A stretch of 64,000 nucleotides of DNA from Alphaproteobacteria bacterium (GCA_963555825.3 CAUVXB020000002.1:864001-928000); one strand, 5' to 3'. Shown: positions 31,160 to 41,928, numbered from the stretch's first letter. Program-made: numbers and translations. The notes: generated by a model from the letters alone, not told the origin.

Positions 31160-31314
31160 TGAGAGCCGTATGAGGGAACGAGTTCGGGTTGTACCCTGGC
31201 CGCGCACGGGTCCAGCGGGGCGGGCACGTCCTAGGCCTGCTCGCCCTTGTTGCTCTTTAAGGGCGCGAGCTGGCTGGTGCGGTCGTACCCGCCGCCGGGG
31301 CGGATGCGGCGTAA

Positions 31315-31599
31315 TCAGCCGCGCGACAGGTAGCGCGGCAGCTCGCGCTCGAACTTGGGGAAGTAGCGCGCGATCACCGTCACGTCGAAGCGGCGCAGGA
31401 TCGATTCCTTCGGTTCGCGGTCGAGCAGGAACCGAAAGGCCGCCTCGATACAGCGCTCGGCCGTGTGCTCGCCGGCCGTGAGGCGCTCGTAAGTCGCCCG
31501 CGACATCGTCACCTCGTGACGGGTCTCGCCCTCAGCTTCGCGGACGATCACCTCGAACGCGAGAGGGTCGCCCTCGCCGCTGCGCCGGACCTCGATCAT
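31315..31599 (-). CDS. Conserved-looking hypothetical protein, 94 aa
   Basis: AGGAG RBS, motif F.FLL.REP.ESIL..FD..VI..YFP.FE. Confidence 0.75.
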   Translation of the reverse strand: MIEVRRSGEGDPLAFEVIVREAEGETRHEVTMSRATYERLTAGEHTAERCIEAAFRFLLDREPKESILRRFDVTVIARYFPKFERELPRYLSRG

Positions 31600-31701
31600 C
31601 GCATGCTCCTTGATCGCCTGCCGCCAATGCTGAGCGACCCGGCGCCGCCGCGCAACCCCGGTGCGATCACGCGATTGGACCCGATGACCGCGACGGCGGT
31701 C

Positions 31702-32574
31702 TCAGGCGCGGCGCGGGCCACGCACGAACTCGTAGATGCGGGTGCAATCGCTGTCCGGTATCTCGCTTGCCGCCCGCCGCCATGTCTCGGCCACCCGTTC
31801 GCCGATGTCCAAACAGACGCCGCCGGTCCTTGCGCTCTCGACATAGAGCCGCAAGTCCTTGGCCATCAACGCGGTGTGGAACCCGGCATCGAAGCTGCCG
31901 GTGAGAATGGGGTTGGGGAACTTGTCGCTGGTTGCCGTGTTGCGGCCGGTCGAGGCGTTGAGCACGTCGATCACCGTGCGCGGGTCCAATCCTTGCGTCT
32001 CGCCGTAGGCGACCGCCTCGGATGTGGCCGCCAAGGCGGTGCCCGAAAGGAAGTTGTTCAACAGCTTCATGGCCTGACCCTGGCCGGCGGCGTCGCCGAC
32101 GTGAAAGACGTTCTTCGCCACCGCGTCGAGGGCCCCGCGCAGGCGCTGCAAGAGCGCCGCCGGCGCCGCCCACATGACGGTCAAGGTGCCGGCCACCGCG
32201 CCGGCCCTGCCACCGCTCACCGGCGCGTCCGCGTATGCGATCCCGGCCTCGGCCAGATGGCGCTCGATGTCCTGCGCCGCGGCCACGCCGGTGGTTGAGA
32301 AATCGACCACCACGGTGGTCGCCCGGCCGCGGGTCGCGGCGATCTCGCGCGCCACCGCGCGGCACGCGTCGCCGTCGGGCAGGCTCAGGAACACGGCGCC
32401 GGCGGCCGCGGCCACCTCGGCCGCCGAGGCGGCGGTCGCGGCGCCCTCGGGCGCGCGTTTGCTGGTCCCCGCCCTGTCGTGGACGCGTAAGTCGCAGCCG
32501 GCGGCGGCGAGGTTCGCCGCCATCGGCGCACCCATATTGCCGAGGCCGATGAAGCCCAGAATCTCGGTCGCCAT
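31702..32574 (-). CDS. NAD(P)-dependent 3-hydroxyisobutyrate dehydrogenase family oxidoreductase
   Basis: GFIGLGNMG, DAPVSGG, KLLNN, LMAKDL. Confidence 0.9.
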   Translation of the reverse strand: MATEILGFIGLGNMGAPMAANLAAAGCDLRVHDRAGTSKRAPEGAATAASAAEVAAAAGAVFLSLPDGDACRAVAREIAATRGRATTVVVDFSTTGVAAAQDIERHLAEAGIAYADAPVSGGRAGAVAGTLTVMWAAPAALLQRLRGALDAVAKNVFHVGDAAGQGQAMKLLNNFLSGTALAATSEAVAYGETQGLDPRTVIDVLNASTGRNTATSDKFPNPILTGSFDAGFHTALMAKDLRLYVESARTGGVCLDIGERVAETWRRAASEIPDSDCTRIYEFVRGPRRA

Positions 32575-32670
32575 GACGTTCCTCCCCGGTGTCGAGACTA
32601 GCGAACCGCTCGGCGAGAATCTACGCGTGTCGAATTGCCGACCGAGAGGCGTCCGGCGGACCGGCGCGCG

Positions 32671-33066
32671 TTATTTCAGCGCCGCGACGCCCAGGGGCAC
32701 GCTGTAGCGTTCGCACCAGATGTAGACCGCGTCGTAGCGCGTGAGGTCGAGCGTGGCGGGCACGTCGTAGACCTGCTCGCCCGTGTTGCTTGCCAGCGGC
32801 GCGAGCTGGCTGGCGCGGTCGTAGGTACCGCCGGCGCCGAAGCCGACCTTGGGATCGGGCGCGCCGTCGAAGTTGAAGTTGGACTGCAACACGACCTGGG
32901 CGCCGCCCGTCGATTTCAGCACGACGACGTCGCCCGACGTCTTGTGACCACTGGCGCCGTGGAACGCGCCCTGGGCCAGCACCTCCTGGGCGTGGGACAC
33001 GGCCGGCAGCATGAGCGCGGCGGCGAGAAGCATTGGCGCGGCGGCGCGGGACATGAATGAACGCAT
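32671..33066 (-). CDS. Secreted DM13-domain protein
   Basis: Signal peptide, G.F....H.TSG, GAPD..V, G.Q.Y..P..DL..Y..V.IWC..YSV. Confidence 0.85.
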   Translation of the reverse strand: MRSFMSRAAAPMLLAAALMLPAVSHAQEVLAQGAFHGASGHKTSGDVVVLKSTGGAQVVLQSNFNFDGAPDPKVGFGAGGTYDRASQLAPLASNTGEQVYDVPATLDLTRYDAVYIWCERYSVPLGVAALK

Positions 33067-33201
33067 CGGTTCGATCTCCTGGATAGTCGATAAGGTAGTC
33101 CGCCGCGTCGGCGACGCTTCGCTTGGATGAAGATAGGCCGTGCGGCGACCAGATGAACAGGCTCGCCGCCAGCGCCGGGTTCACGTTTGCGCGACCGCGG
33201 C

Positions 33202-33236
33202 AAAAAAGGAGCCCCGCGCGCCGAAGCATGCGGGGC
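33202..33236 (-). terminator. Rho-independent terminator downstream of infC
   Basis: Minus-strand GCCCCGC...GCGGGGC stem followed by CC and a T6 tract. Confidence 0.7.
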
Positions 33237-33364
33237 AGGTTCATCGGGGTAAAGCGAGGTAGAATCCCAATCTAGAGAATATGACGGGACGCCGCATCGA
33301 GGTAGGTCAAGGCGGTCGCCGAATTATCGTCAGAGGCGCGAAAAATTCGCTTCGGCGGGCCGGC

Positions 33365-33904
33365 TCAGCGGTTGGGCACCATGACCATGGTCATCTGGCG
33401 GCCTTCCATCTTCGGCCATTGCTCGATCTTAATGACTTCGCCAAGGTCGTCGCGCACCCGGTCGAGCACCTTCATGCCGAGTTCCTGGTGGACCATCTCG
33501 CGGCCGCGAAAGCGCAGCGTCACCTTGACCTTGTCGCCCTCGTCGAGGAACTTGTTGATCGCGCGCATCTTGACGTCGTAGTCGTGCTGGTTGATGCCCG
33601 GCCGCATCTTGATTTCCTTGACGTCGACGGTCTTCTGGCGCTTGCGTGCCTCGGCCGCCTTCTTCTGGGCGTCGTATTTGAATTTGCCGTAATCGAGCAG
33701 CTTGCAAACGGGTGGGTCGGCGTTGGGCGAGACCTCGACGAGGTCGAGCCCGACTTCACCTGCCATTTCGAGCGCGCGTCCGATCGTGACGACGCCGACT
33801 TGTTCCCCCATTTGATCGACCAGTCGAACCATTGGAACTTCGATCAGGTCGTTGGCGCGCGGTCCCTCGCGGACCGGTGGCGCCGGTGTATGGTGTCGTG
33901 CGAT
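33365..33904 (-). CDS. infC: Translation initiation factor IF-3, non-canonical ATC start
   Basis: [29 protein letters not shown]. In-frame ATC 8 nt after GAGGAG. Confidence 0.95.
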   Translation of the reverse strand: MARHHTPAPPVREGPRANDLIEVPMVRLVDQMGEQVGVVTIGRALEMAGEVGLDLVEVSPNADPPVCKLLDYGKFKYDAQKKAAEARKRQKTVDVKEIKMRPGINQHDYDVKMRAINKFLDEGDKVKVTLRFRGREMVHQELGMKVLDRVRDDLGEVIKIEQWPKMEGRQMTMVMVPNR

Positions 33905-33941
33905 CCCTTGTGCTCCTCGTTAGTGCCGCCCGAGAGCGCGC

Positions 33942-35867
33942 CTAGGCCGCGCGCCGGTCGATGGGCGATCTGGCTTCTTCGGCAAGTCTAGCTATGGCCT
34001 CATCGAGCGCAAGCGATTCTTGCTCGCGCGAGCCCAGGCGGCGGATCGTCACGCCGCGCTCCTCGACCTCGCGCTTGCCGACCGCGAGGATGACGGGAAC
34101 CTTGGCGACGCTGTGCCGACGCACCTTATAGCCGATCTTGTCGCTGCCGGTATCGAGAATCGAACGCAGCCCGGCCGCGTCGAGCGCGGCCTGTACTTCG
34201 GCGCCGTAGCCGTCGGCCGCGTTGGTGATCGTCGCGACGGCGATCTGGACCGGCGCGAGCCACAGCGGCAAGGCGCCGGCGTACTGCTCGATCAGCATGC
34301 CCGTGAAGCGCTCGATCGAGCCGAGGATCGTGCGGTGCAGCATGACCGGCCGGTGCCGCGCGCCGTCCTCGCCGACGTAAGACGCGTCGAGCCGCTCGGG
34401 CAGCACGAAATCGGCCTGCAGCGTGCCGCACTGCCATTCGCGGCCGATCGTGTCACGCAGGTAGAAGTCGAGCTTGGGACCATAGAACGCGCCGTCGCCC
34501 GGGTTCATCGTATAGGCTACACCGGCCTTCTCCGCGGCGTTCCTGAGCGCCGCCTCGGCGCGGTCCCAGACTTCGTCCGAGCCGGCGCGCACGGTTGGCC
34601 GGTCGGCGAAGCGGATCTCGACGTCGTCGAAGCCGAAGTCGCTGTAGATGCCCAGCGCGAGCTTGCAGAACGCCGCGCTCTCGGAGTCGATCTGGTCTTC
34701 GGTACAGAAGATATGGGCGTCGTCCTGGGTGAAGCCACGCACGCGCATCAGGCCGTGCAGCGCGCCCGACGGCTCGTAGCGGAGGCACGAGCCGAATTCG
34801 GCCATGCGCAGCGGCAGGTCGCGGTAGCTCTTCAGGCCGTGGCGGAAGATCTGCACGTGGCACGGGCAGTTCATCGGCTTGAGCGCCAGGGTGCGCTCGT
34901 CCGATTCGACCGTGAACATGTTCTCGCGGAACTTCTCCCAGTGGCCCGAAGCCTCCCACAGCGAGCGGTCGACGAGCTGCGGCGTGTTGACCTCGACGTA
35001 GCCGGCGCGCGTGATCTCGCGGCGCATGTAGTCGACCAGCGTGCGGTGGAGCGTCCAGCCCTTGGGGTGCCAGAAGACCATGCCGACCGCCTCTTCCTGA
35101 AAGTGGAAGAGGTCCATCTCGCGGCCCAGGCGGCGGTGATCGCGGCGCTCGGCCTCCTCGAGCCGGTGCAGGTAGGCGGCGAGGTCCTTGTCCGACGTCC
35201 ATGCGGTGCCGTAGATGCGCTGCAGCATCGCGTTGTTCGAATCGCCGCGCCAGTAGGCGCCGGCCAGTTTCATCAGCTTGAACGCCGAGCCCAGCTTGCC
35301 GGTCGACGGCAGATGCGGGCCCCGGCAGAGGTCGACGAAGCCGCCCTGGCGGTAGAGACCGACGTCCTCGCCCTCGGGGATGCCCGCGATGATCTCGGCC
35401 TTGTAGTCCTCACCTTGTTCCTTGAAGAAGGCGACCGCCGCGTCGCGCTGCCAGACCTCGCGGGTAATCGGCTCGTCGCGCGCGACGATCTCGTGCATGC
35501 GCGCCTCGATCGCCGCCAGATCCTCGGGCGTGAACGGGGTCTCGCGCGCGAAATCGTAGTAAAAGCCGTCTTCGATCGCCGGGCCGATCGTCACTTGCGT
35601 CGCGGGATAGAGTTCCTTGACCGCCTCGGCCATGACATGGGCGGCGTCGTGGCGGATCAACTCGAGCGCGTCGGCGTCCTTGGCCGTGACGATGGCAATT
35701 TCGGCGTCGGCCTCGATCAGCGCGGCGAGGTCGCGCAGCTCGCCGTCGACGCGCACCGCGAGCGCCGCCTTGGCGAGACCGGGGCCAATCGCGGCGGCGA
35801 CCTCGGCGCCCGAGGGCGCCGCGGCGAATTCTTTCGTGTTGCCGTCGGGCAGAGTGATCGTAACCAT
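33942..35867 (-). CDS. thrS: Threonyl-tRNA synthetase
   Basis: TGS domain, RHDAAH, DLCRGPH, RDHRRLG, KPMNCP, AFYGPK. Confidence 0.98.
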   Translation of the reverse strand: MVTITLPDGNTKEFAAAPSGAEVAAAIGPGLAKAALAVRVDGELRDLAALIEADAEIAIVTAKDADALELIRHDAAHVMAEAVKELYPATQVTIGPAIEDGFYYDFARETPFTPEDLAAIEARMHEIVARDEPITREVWQRDAAVAFFKEQGEDYKAEIIAGIPEGEDVGLYRQGGFVDLCRGPHLPSTGKLGSAFKLMKLAGAYWRGDSNNAMLQRIYGTAWTSDKDLAAYLHRLEEAERRDHRRLGREMDLFHFQEEAVGMVFWHPKGWTLHRTLVDYMRREITRAGYVEVNTPQLVDRSLWEASGHWEKFRENMFTVESDERTLALKPMNCPCHVQIFRHGLKSYRDLPLRMAEFGSCLRYEPSGALHGLMRVRGFTQDDAHIFCTEDQIDSESAAFCKLALGIYSDFGFDDVEIRFADRPTVRAGSDEVWDRAEAALRNAAEKAGVAYTMNPGDGAFYGPKLDFYLRDTIGREWQCGTLQADFVLPERLDASYVGEDGARHRPVMLHRTILGSIERFTGMLIEQYAGALPLWLAPVQIAVATITNAADGYGAEVQAALDAAGLRSILDTGSDKIGYKVRRHSVAKVPVILAVGKREVEERGVTIRRLGSREQESLALDEAIARLAEEARSPIDRRAA

Positions 35868-35940
35868 GAGACTCTATGCGATTCCGCGCCGCTCGGGGTT
35901 TCGGTGAAGCGCGCGAAATGTAGAGTGAATCGAAGCGCTG

Positions 35941-37161
35941 TCAAGGCGCATCGCGGCGTCCCCGGCCGGTCTCGGCGAGCAGCTCGTCATAGACGGCGAG
36001 CGTGCGGTCGCACATAGTGTCCTTGGAGTAGTGCGCGCGTACGCGTTCGGTGGCCCGCAGGGCCAGCGCCGCGCGTTCGGCGGGATCGAGCGCCAGTGCC
36101 TCGCGCAGCGCCTCGGCCATGGCTGCCGGGTCGCCCGGCGGCACCAACCAACCGTTCTCGCCGGGTACCACGGTCTCGCGCGCGCCGCCGTGGTCGGTCG
36201 CGATTGTCGGCCGGCCCATCGCCTGGGCCTCGACGATGACGCGGCCGAATGCTTCCGGGTCGAGCGACGCCGACACCGCGACATCGGCCAGCATATAGGC
36301 CGCCGGCATGTCGCGGCAGTGATCCGCGACATGCACGATGCTGGCCAGGCCAAGCTGTGTGATACGCTTTTCGAGCCGCCGGCGGAAGCCCTGGTGGCCG
36401 GCGTCGGAACCGACGAACAGGCAGCGGACGTCATTGCGTCCAAGGATCGCCAGGGCGTCGATCAGGACGGTCTGGCCCTTCCACCGCGTCAGGCGGCCGG
36501 GCAGCATGATGATCGGCATGCCATCGGGCAGCCGCCAGCGGTGTACCAGCTGCTCGAGGCGGCTGGCGCCGACATTGGCCGGATCGAACAGTTTCAGATC
36601 GACGCCGCGCGGCACGATGCGTAGGCGGTCGCTGTCGACGCCGTATTCGCCGCGGACGTGCTCGGCGATGAAGTTCGAGATGGCGATCACCCGGTCGCCC
36701 CGCGCCATCACCGCGTTGTAGCGCTTCTTGGCTGCGGTCGCCGCGCTGTAGACGCCGTGAAAGGTGGTGACGAACGGCCGGCCGGTACGTCGCGCCGCGT
36801 AGTATGCGCTCCACGCCGGTGCGCGCGAGCGCGCGTGCACGATGCCGACGTCATGGCGCTCGATGACGCCGATCAAGCGCTTGATGTTGGCGCGGATGGT
36901 GAACGGATTCTTGCTTGCCAGCGGCAGGGTGACGTGTTGGGCGCCGGCGCGCTGGACGTCGGCGACCAAAGCACCGCCCGACGACGCCACGATGGCGCCC
37001 CAGCCGGCCGTCGTCAGCGCGCGGGCGATCTCCACCGTGCCGCGTTCGACACCGCCCGTCTCGAGCGCCGGCACGACTTGGAGCACGGAGCCCCGTGGCC
37101 GTTCCGCCGGTGCCGTCAAGCTGGTAGCATCGCGGCGAACATCCACCGACGGTTCAGACAT
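35941..37161 (-). CDS. Glycosyltransferase family 4
   Basis: GGVERGT, HARSRAPAW, EAFGRVIVEAQAMG. Confidence 0.93.
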   Translation of the reverse strand: MSEPSVDVRRDATSLTAPAERPRGSVLQVVPALETGGVERGTVEIARALTTAGWGAIVASSGGALVADVQRAGAQHVTLPLASKNPFTIRANIKRLIGVIERHDVGIVHARSRAPAWSAYYAARRTGRPFVTTFHGVYSAATAAKKRYNAVMARGDRVIAISNFIAEHVRGEYGVDSDRLRIVPRGVDLKLFDPANVGASRLEQLVHRWRLPDGMPIIMLPGRLTRWKGQTVLIDALAILGRNDVRCLFVGSDAGHQGFRRRLEKRITQLGLASIVHVADHCRDMPAAYMLADVAVSASLDPEAFGRVIVEAQAMGRPTIATDHGGARETVVPGENGWLVPPGDPAAMAEALREALALDPAERAALALRATERVRAHYSKDTMCDRTLAVYDELLAETGRGRRDAP

Positions 37162-37166
37162 CACCC

Positions 37167-37943
37167 ATGACCGATCACATTTCCCACAACGGCGCCGAGC
37201 CGCGCCACCTCGGGCGCGCCGACGGCCACAGCATCGCCTACCACGTGCTGGCCGGCAAGTCTCCCGGCGTGGTTTTCCTGGGCGGCCTGATGTCGGATAT
37301 GACCGGTACCAAGGCGATCGCGCTCGAGGACCATTGCCGGGCGGCGGGCCGCGCCTACCTGCGTTTCGACTATCTCGGCCACGGCGCCTCGTCGGGCGTC
37401 TTCACCGACGGCACTATCGGGCGCTGGACCGAGGACGCGCTCGCCGTCCTCGACGGCATCACGCAAGGCCCTCAAGTGTTGGTCGGCTCGAGCCTGGGCG
37501 GCTGGCTGATGCTGCGCGTCGCCCTGGCCCGCCCCGAGCGGATCGCCAGCCTGGTCGGCATCGCCGCCGCGCCGGACTTCACCGAGGCCATGTCCGCCGA
37601 CCTCGACGAGGACGAGCGCACGCGGCTCGCGCGCGACGGTGTAATCGAGCGGCCGTCGGAGTATTCGGAACAACCGTATCGCATCACCCGCGCATTGATC
37701 GAGGACGGCCGCGACCACCTGGTGATGAACGGGCCGATCGACATCGGCTGCCCGGTTCGCCTGCTGCAGGGCATGCGCGACGACGCGGTGCCTTGGCAGA
37801 CCGCGCCGCGGATCGCCGAGCATCTGAGCAGCGCCGACGTCGTGGTCACGCTGGTCAAGGACGGCGATCATCGCCTCTCGAGACCGGCCGACCTGGCGCG
37901 CCTGATGCGCACCGTCGACGCGGTCTGTGCGCTGGCTGGCTAG
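37167..37943 (+). CDS. Alpha/beta hydrolase
   Basis: GSSLGG nucleophile elbow, D and GDH catalytic residues. Confidence 0.92.
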   Translation: MTDHISHNGAEPRHLGRADGHSIAYHVLAGKSPGVVFLGGLMSDMTGTKAIALEDHCRAAGRAYLRFDYLGHGASSGVFTDGTIGRWTEDALAVLDGITQGPQVLVGSSLGGWLMLRVALARPERIASLVGIAAAPDFTEAMSADLDEDERTRLARDGVIERPSEYSEQPYRITRALIEDGRDHLVMNGPIDIGCPVRLLQGMRDDAVPWQTAPRIAEHLSSADVVVTLVKDGDHRLSRPADLARLMRTVDAVCALAG

Positions 37944-37985
37944 GCTCCCAGGTTGCGTTTGCAATAGCGCGCGGGCTTACCTACC

Positions 37986-38603
37986 ATGACGGCTGGCATC
38001 TTACGGAGTGTGGCCATGTGGCGATTTTCGAGTTTTTCCGGTGGCGCGGCGCGATCGCGCGCCCTCACGATCGGCGGTCTCGTGCTGATCGCGAGCGTCG
38101 TCATCGCGGCGTCTGCCGGCCCGGTGTCCGCGCAGGATAAGGCCACGCTCCACATCGAAGTCGACAAGGCCCATCTCATCCAGCTCGACGAGAACGCCGC
38201 CACCGTGATGATCACCGATCCCGCGATCGCCGATGTCACGGTCGAGTCGCCGCGCCTCATCTTCGTCATCGGCCACGCCGTCGGCGAGACGTCGCTGTTC
38301 ATTCTCGATGCCGACGGCAAACCCATGGTCGACACCACGATCGTCGTCGATGAGCGGGCGGACCTGGTCGAGGCCGAGCCGGACACGCCGGCGCCGGCGA
38401 TTTCGGCTGCGCCGACCGCGGCCAAACAGAAGGAGCGGGAGGTCACGGTGTTCCGCAACGTGACAGCGGAGGATACCCTGACCTGCGAGCCGGTTTGCGG
38501 CGCCGGCGGCGGCGACAAACAACCGGCCGGCGGCAGGTCCAGTCCGACCGAAATCGACCTCGACCCAACCAAATCCAGAGACGTGAAGATCCCGCTCAAA
38601 TAG
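37986..38603 (+). CDS. Secreted pilus-formation N-terminal domain protein (T2SS/T3SS_pil_N, CpaC-like)
   Basis: Signal/TM segment, V.I.DP.IADV......F..G...G.T.L..LD..G. Confidence 0.75.
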   Translation: MTAGILRSVAMWRFSSFSGGAARSRALTIGGLVLIASVVIAASAGPVSAQDKATLHIEVDKAHLIQLDENAATVMITDPAIADVTVESPRLIFVIGHAVGETSLFILDADGKPMVDTTIVVDERADLVEAEPDTPAPAISAAPTAAKQKEREVTVFRNVTAEDTLTCEPVCGAGGGDKQPAGGRSSPTEIDLDPTKSRDVKIPLK

Positions 38604-38643
38604 ACACGACGCACCGCCGCGATGCCGGCTGCCATGCCCGGTG

Positions 38644-39549
38644 TCAATCGTCGGCGGCGTCCGCCCGTTCCTCGTCGAGCAGGGCGGCGAGCCCGGCCTT
38701 GTAGTCCGGGTAGGCGAGCGTCACGCCGAGTTCTTCCTTGATACGTTCGTTTCGCACGCGCTTGTTGTCGGCGTAAAAGCTGCGCGCCATCGGCGAAAGC
38801 GCGGCATCGTCGAAATCGACCAGCGGCGGCGGCGCGACACCGAGAAGTTCGCAGGCATGCTCGACGACCTCGCGCGGCGGCGTCGGCGCATCGTCGCAGA
38901 CGTTATAGGCTTGGCCACCATTGGGCCGCGCGATCGAGGCGCGCAGCACCGCCACGATGTCGTCGACGTGGATGCGCGAGAACACCTGGCCCGGCTTGTC
39001 GATGCGCTTGGCCACGCCGGCCTTGACCGTTGCCAGCATGTTGCGGCCCGGCCCGTAAATGCCGGCGAGGCGGAAGATGTGCACCGGGATGCCGTGGCCC
39101 CACCAGTAGTTGAGCCACAGCGCCTCGGCGGCGGCGCGCCGTTCGCCGCGCTCGCCGGCCGGCGTCGGCGGCGTCGCCTCGTCGACCCAGAGGCCGCGGT
39201 GGTTGCCGTAGACCCCGGTGGTCGAGAGATAGCCGATCCACTCGAGCCGCTCGGCATGGGCGATCTCGGCGGCGTGCGCGTCGAGCACCGGATCGCCCGC
39301 GCCGTCGGGCGGCACCGAACTCATCAGGTGCGTCGCGCCGCCGATCAACGCGCCCGCATTCACGAGCGCGTGGTCGCGGTCGAACCGATAGGTGGCGATA
39401 CCCCGCGCCGTGAGGTCCGCGCAACTCTCCGCCGACCGTGAGGTGCCGGCGACCTGCCAACCGTCGGCGATCAACGTCTCGGCCAGCCTGAGCGCGGTAT
39501 AGCCGAGGCCGAAGCAGAACAGGCGGCGGGTTGGCGGGCCTTCGGACAT
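38644..39549 (-). CDS. NAD-dependent epimerase/atypical SDR
   Basis: FGLGY, YLSTTGVYG, FRLAGIYGPGR, SRIHVDD. Confidence 0.9.
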   Translation of the reverse strand: MSEGPPTRRLFCFGLGYTALRLAETLIADGWQVAGTSRSAESCADLTARGIATYRFDRDHALVNAGALIGGATHLMSSVPPDGAGDPVLDAHAAEIAHAERLEWIGYLSTTGVYGNHRGLWVDEATPPTPAGERGERRAAAEALWLNYWWGHGIPVHIFRLAGIYGPGRNMLATVKAGVAKRIDKPGQVFSRIHVDDIVAVLRASIARPNGGQAYNVCDDAPTPPREVVEHACELLGVAPPPLVDFDDAALSPMARSFYADNKRVRNERIKEELGVTLAYPDYKAGLAALLDEERADAADD

Positions 39550-39658
39550 CGGGGCGGCACTCTATTGGCGGGGACGAAACGGCGCTTGCGTCGTATCATA
39601 AACTGGCAAATTATCCGCCCCGGGTCGAGCCCCGAGCCGGAGCCAAGAGGAGACGCCC

Positions 39659-40933
39659 ATGACATCGCTGCGCGCGCGCGCCCAGGCGGCCTTCCCCGCC
39701 GGCTCGAACGGCGAGTTCAACCTGCCGCCCGAACTCTCGATGGTCATCGCGCGCGGCGACGGCTGCCGGCTGTGGAACACCGACGGCCGCGAGTTCCTCG
39801 ACTTCTCGATCGGCTGGGGCTCGGTGCTGGTCGGCCACGCCAATCCGGCGGTCACCGAGGCGGTAACGCGCCAGGCCTCGCTCGGCGCCAACTTCGCCTA
39901 CGTCAACGAGAACGCGCTGGCGCTCGCCGAGACGATTCTGAGCCTCAGCCCGGCGTGCGACAGTCTGAGATTCTGCGCCTCGGGCACCGAGGCGACGATG
40001 TACTGCCAGCGCCTGGCGCGCGCCGTCACCGGCAAAGCCAAGATCCTCAAGTTCGAGGGCGCCTATCACGGCGCCAACGACGTCGGCGTCACCAGCCTGT
40101 TCCCGACCCGGCTGCGCGACTTTCCGGAACCCGAGGCGACCAGCGCCGGCATCGCGCCGCCGGTCGGCGACCAGGTCCTTGTCGCGCCGTTCAACGACCT
40201 CGCGATGACGCGGGCCATCGTCGCCGAGCACGTCGCCGACATCGCCGGCATCATCGTCGAGCCGCTGCAGCGTTGCACGCCGCCGGTCGCCGGTTTCCTC
40301 GAGGGCCTGCGCGCGCTGGCCGACGACCATGCCATACCGCTCATCTTCGACGAGGTGGTCACCGGTTTTCGGCTCTCGCTCGGCGGCGCGCAGGAATACT
40401 ACGGCGTCGTCCCCGACCTGGTCGCCTACGGCAAGGCGCTCGGCGGCGGCTATCCGATCGGCGCCTTCGGCGGCCGCGCCGAGATCATGGAATTGGTGCG
40501 CGAGGACCGCTTGGGAACCGACAGCTATGTCTGGATGGCCTCGACGCTGGGCGGCAACCCGATCTCCTGCGCCGCGGCGCGCGCCGCGCTCGGCGTTTTC
40601 GGCGGCGACGGCGTCTACCCGCGGCTGCACGCACTCGGCGACTACCTGCGCGGCGGCATGCGCGACGTGCTCGCCCGACGCCAGATGACCGCGCAGGTCA
40701 TCGGCGATGGGCCGCTCGCCCAGGTCGTGTTCTCCGACCAACCGGTCAGCGACTATCGCAGCATGCGGCGCGGCGACGCCGCCATGGGCCGGTCCGCCAT
40801 GCTCGGGCTGTTTGAGCGCGGCGTCTTCCTCAACCCGATGGGCACCAAGCTCTACCTCTCGATCGCACACGACGAGGCGGTGTGCGACGATTTCCTGGCG
40901 CGCTTCGACGACGCGCTGGCCGGGCTCGCTTGA
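39659..40933 (+). CDS. Class III aminotransferase (glutamate-1-semialdehyde aminomutase-like)
   Basis: SGTEA, FEGAYHG, IFDEVVTGFR, GKALGGG, TLGGNP. Confidence 0.9.
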   Translation: MTSLRARAQAAFPAGSNGEFNLPPELSMVIARGDGCRLWNTDGREFLDFSIGWGSVLVGHANPAVTEAVTRQASLGANFAYVNENALALAETILSLSPACDSLRFCASGTEATMYCQRLARAVTGKAKILKFEGAYHGANDVGVTSLFPTRLRDFPEPEATSAGIAPPVGDQVLVAPFNDLAMTRAIVAEHVADIAGIIVEPLQRCTPPVAGFLEGLRALADDHAIPLIFDEVVTGFRLSLGGAQEYYGVVPDLVAYGKALGGGYPIGAFGGRAEIMELVREDRLGTDSYVWMASTLGGNPISCAAARAALGVFGGDGVYPRLHALGDYLRGGMRDVLARRQMTAQVIGDGPLAQVVFSDQPVSDYRSMRRGDAAMGRSAMLGLFERGVFLNPMGTKLYLSIAHDEAVCDDFLARFDDALAGLA

Positions 40934-40944
40934 GACGCCGGGCG

Positions 40945-41718
40945 ATGGCGTTCCGCGTCGCCAGGCATAGCCTCAAGGCCGCCGCCGCTCTCGCCGTGAT
41001 GGCCCTGACGGCTGTGGCGCCGGCCTTCGGTCAGAGCGCTGACGAGAGCGAGTACGCGGCCTGCCTCAAGCTGCTCGATCACGACGCCGAGGCCGCCTTC
41101 GAAAGCGCGCTGGCCTGGCAGGACGCCGGCGGCGGCGCGCCGGCGCGGCACTGCGCCGCGCTCGCCCTGGTGCGGCTCGGTCAGCCGGCCGAGGCGGCCA
41201 CGCGGCTCGAGGCGCTGGCCGCCGACATGGCCGATGCGCGGCCCTGGCTGCGCGCCGGCGTGCTCGCCCAGGCGGGCCAGGCTTGGCTCACCGCCGACCA
41301 GCCCGAGCGCGCCGACGCCGCCTTCACCGTCGCGCTCGAGATCACGCCCGAGGCGCCCGAGCTCTACATCGACCGCGCCCAGGCGCTGGCCCAGGCGGGC
41401 GCCTTCTGGGAGGCGATCGACGACCTCAGCCAGGCCATCGAGCTGGCGCCCGGGCGGGCCGACGCCTACGCCTTCCGCGCCAGCGCGTACCGCTACATCG
41501 ACAATCTGGATCTCGCCCTCGACGACGCCGAGCGCGCGCTGGCGCTCGCGCCCGATGATCCGGTTGCGCTCTTGGAGCGCGGCAACATCCGGCGCCTTCA
41601 GGGCGACGACGCCGGCGCGCGCGCCGATTGGCTTCGGCTCCTCTCGGTGGCGCCGGGCGGCCACGCCGCCGCCGACGCGCGCAGCAATCTCGAACGCCTC
41701 GACGTCAAGACCGACTGA
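40945..41718 (+). CDS. Exported TPR-repeat protein
   Basis: Signal peptide, repeated TPR units (A..D...A..L.P). Confidence 0.85.
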   Translation: MAFRVARHSLKAAAALAVMALTAVAPAFGQSADESEYAACLKLLDHDAEAAFESALAWQDAGGGAPARHCAALALVRLGQPAEAATRLEALAADMADARPWLRAGVLAQAGQAWLTADQPERADAAFTVALEITPEAPELYIDRAQALAQAGAFWEAIDDLSQAIELAPGRADAYAFRASAYRYIDNLDLALDDAERALALAPDDPVALLERGNIRRLQGDDAGARADWLRLLSVAPGGHAAADARSNLERLDVKTD

Positions 41719-41928
41719 CCCCGCCGCGGCGCTCGACGCCATCCCAATATTGCCGCCCCGTCGGTTGTCGATTCACAAGGTGTTTATTCGTCAAAATTTT
41801 AGTAAATTTTTACTAAAAATATTAAAACAACATTCGATTTTGTTTGGTTGGTCTGCGGCGGTGATCCGTTTGGATGGTCTGCAGCGCTGATCCGAAATGC
41901 GGCGGCGCGGGGGTTGGGAGGGCGCGCC

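Noticed and set aside
34020-36017. Long antisense ORFs over thrS and similarly over gltB, rapZ and the ABC genes
   Set aside because: Typical shadow ORFs of high-GC coding sequence
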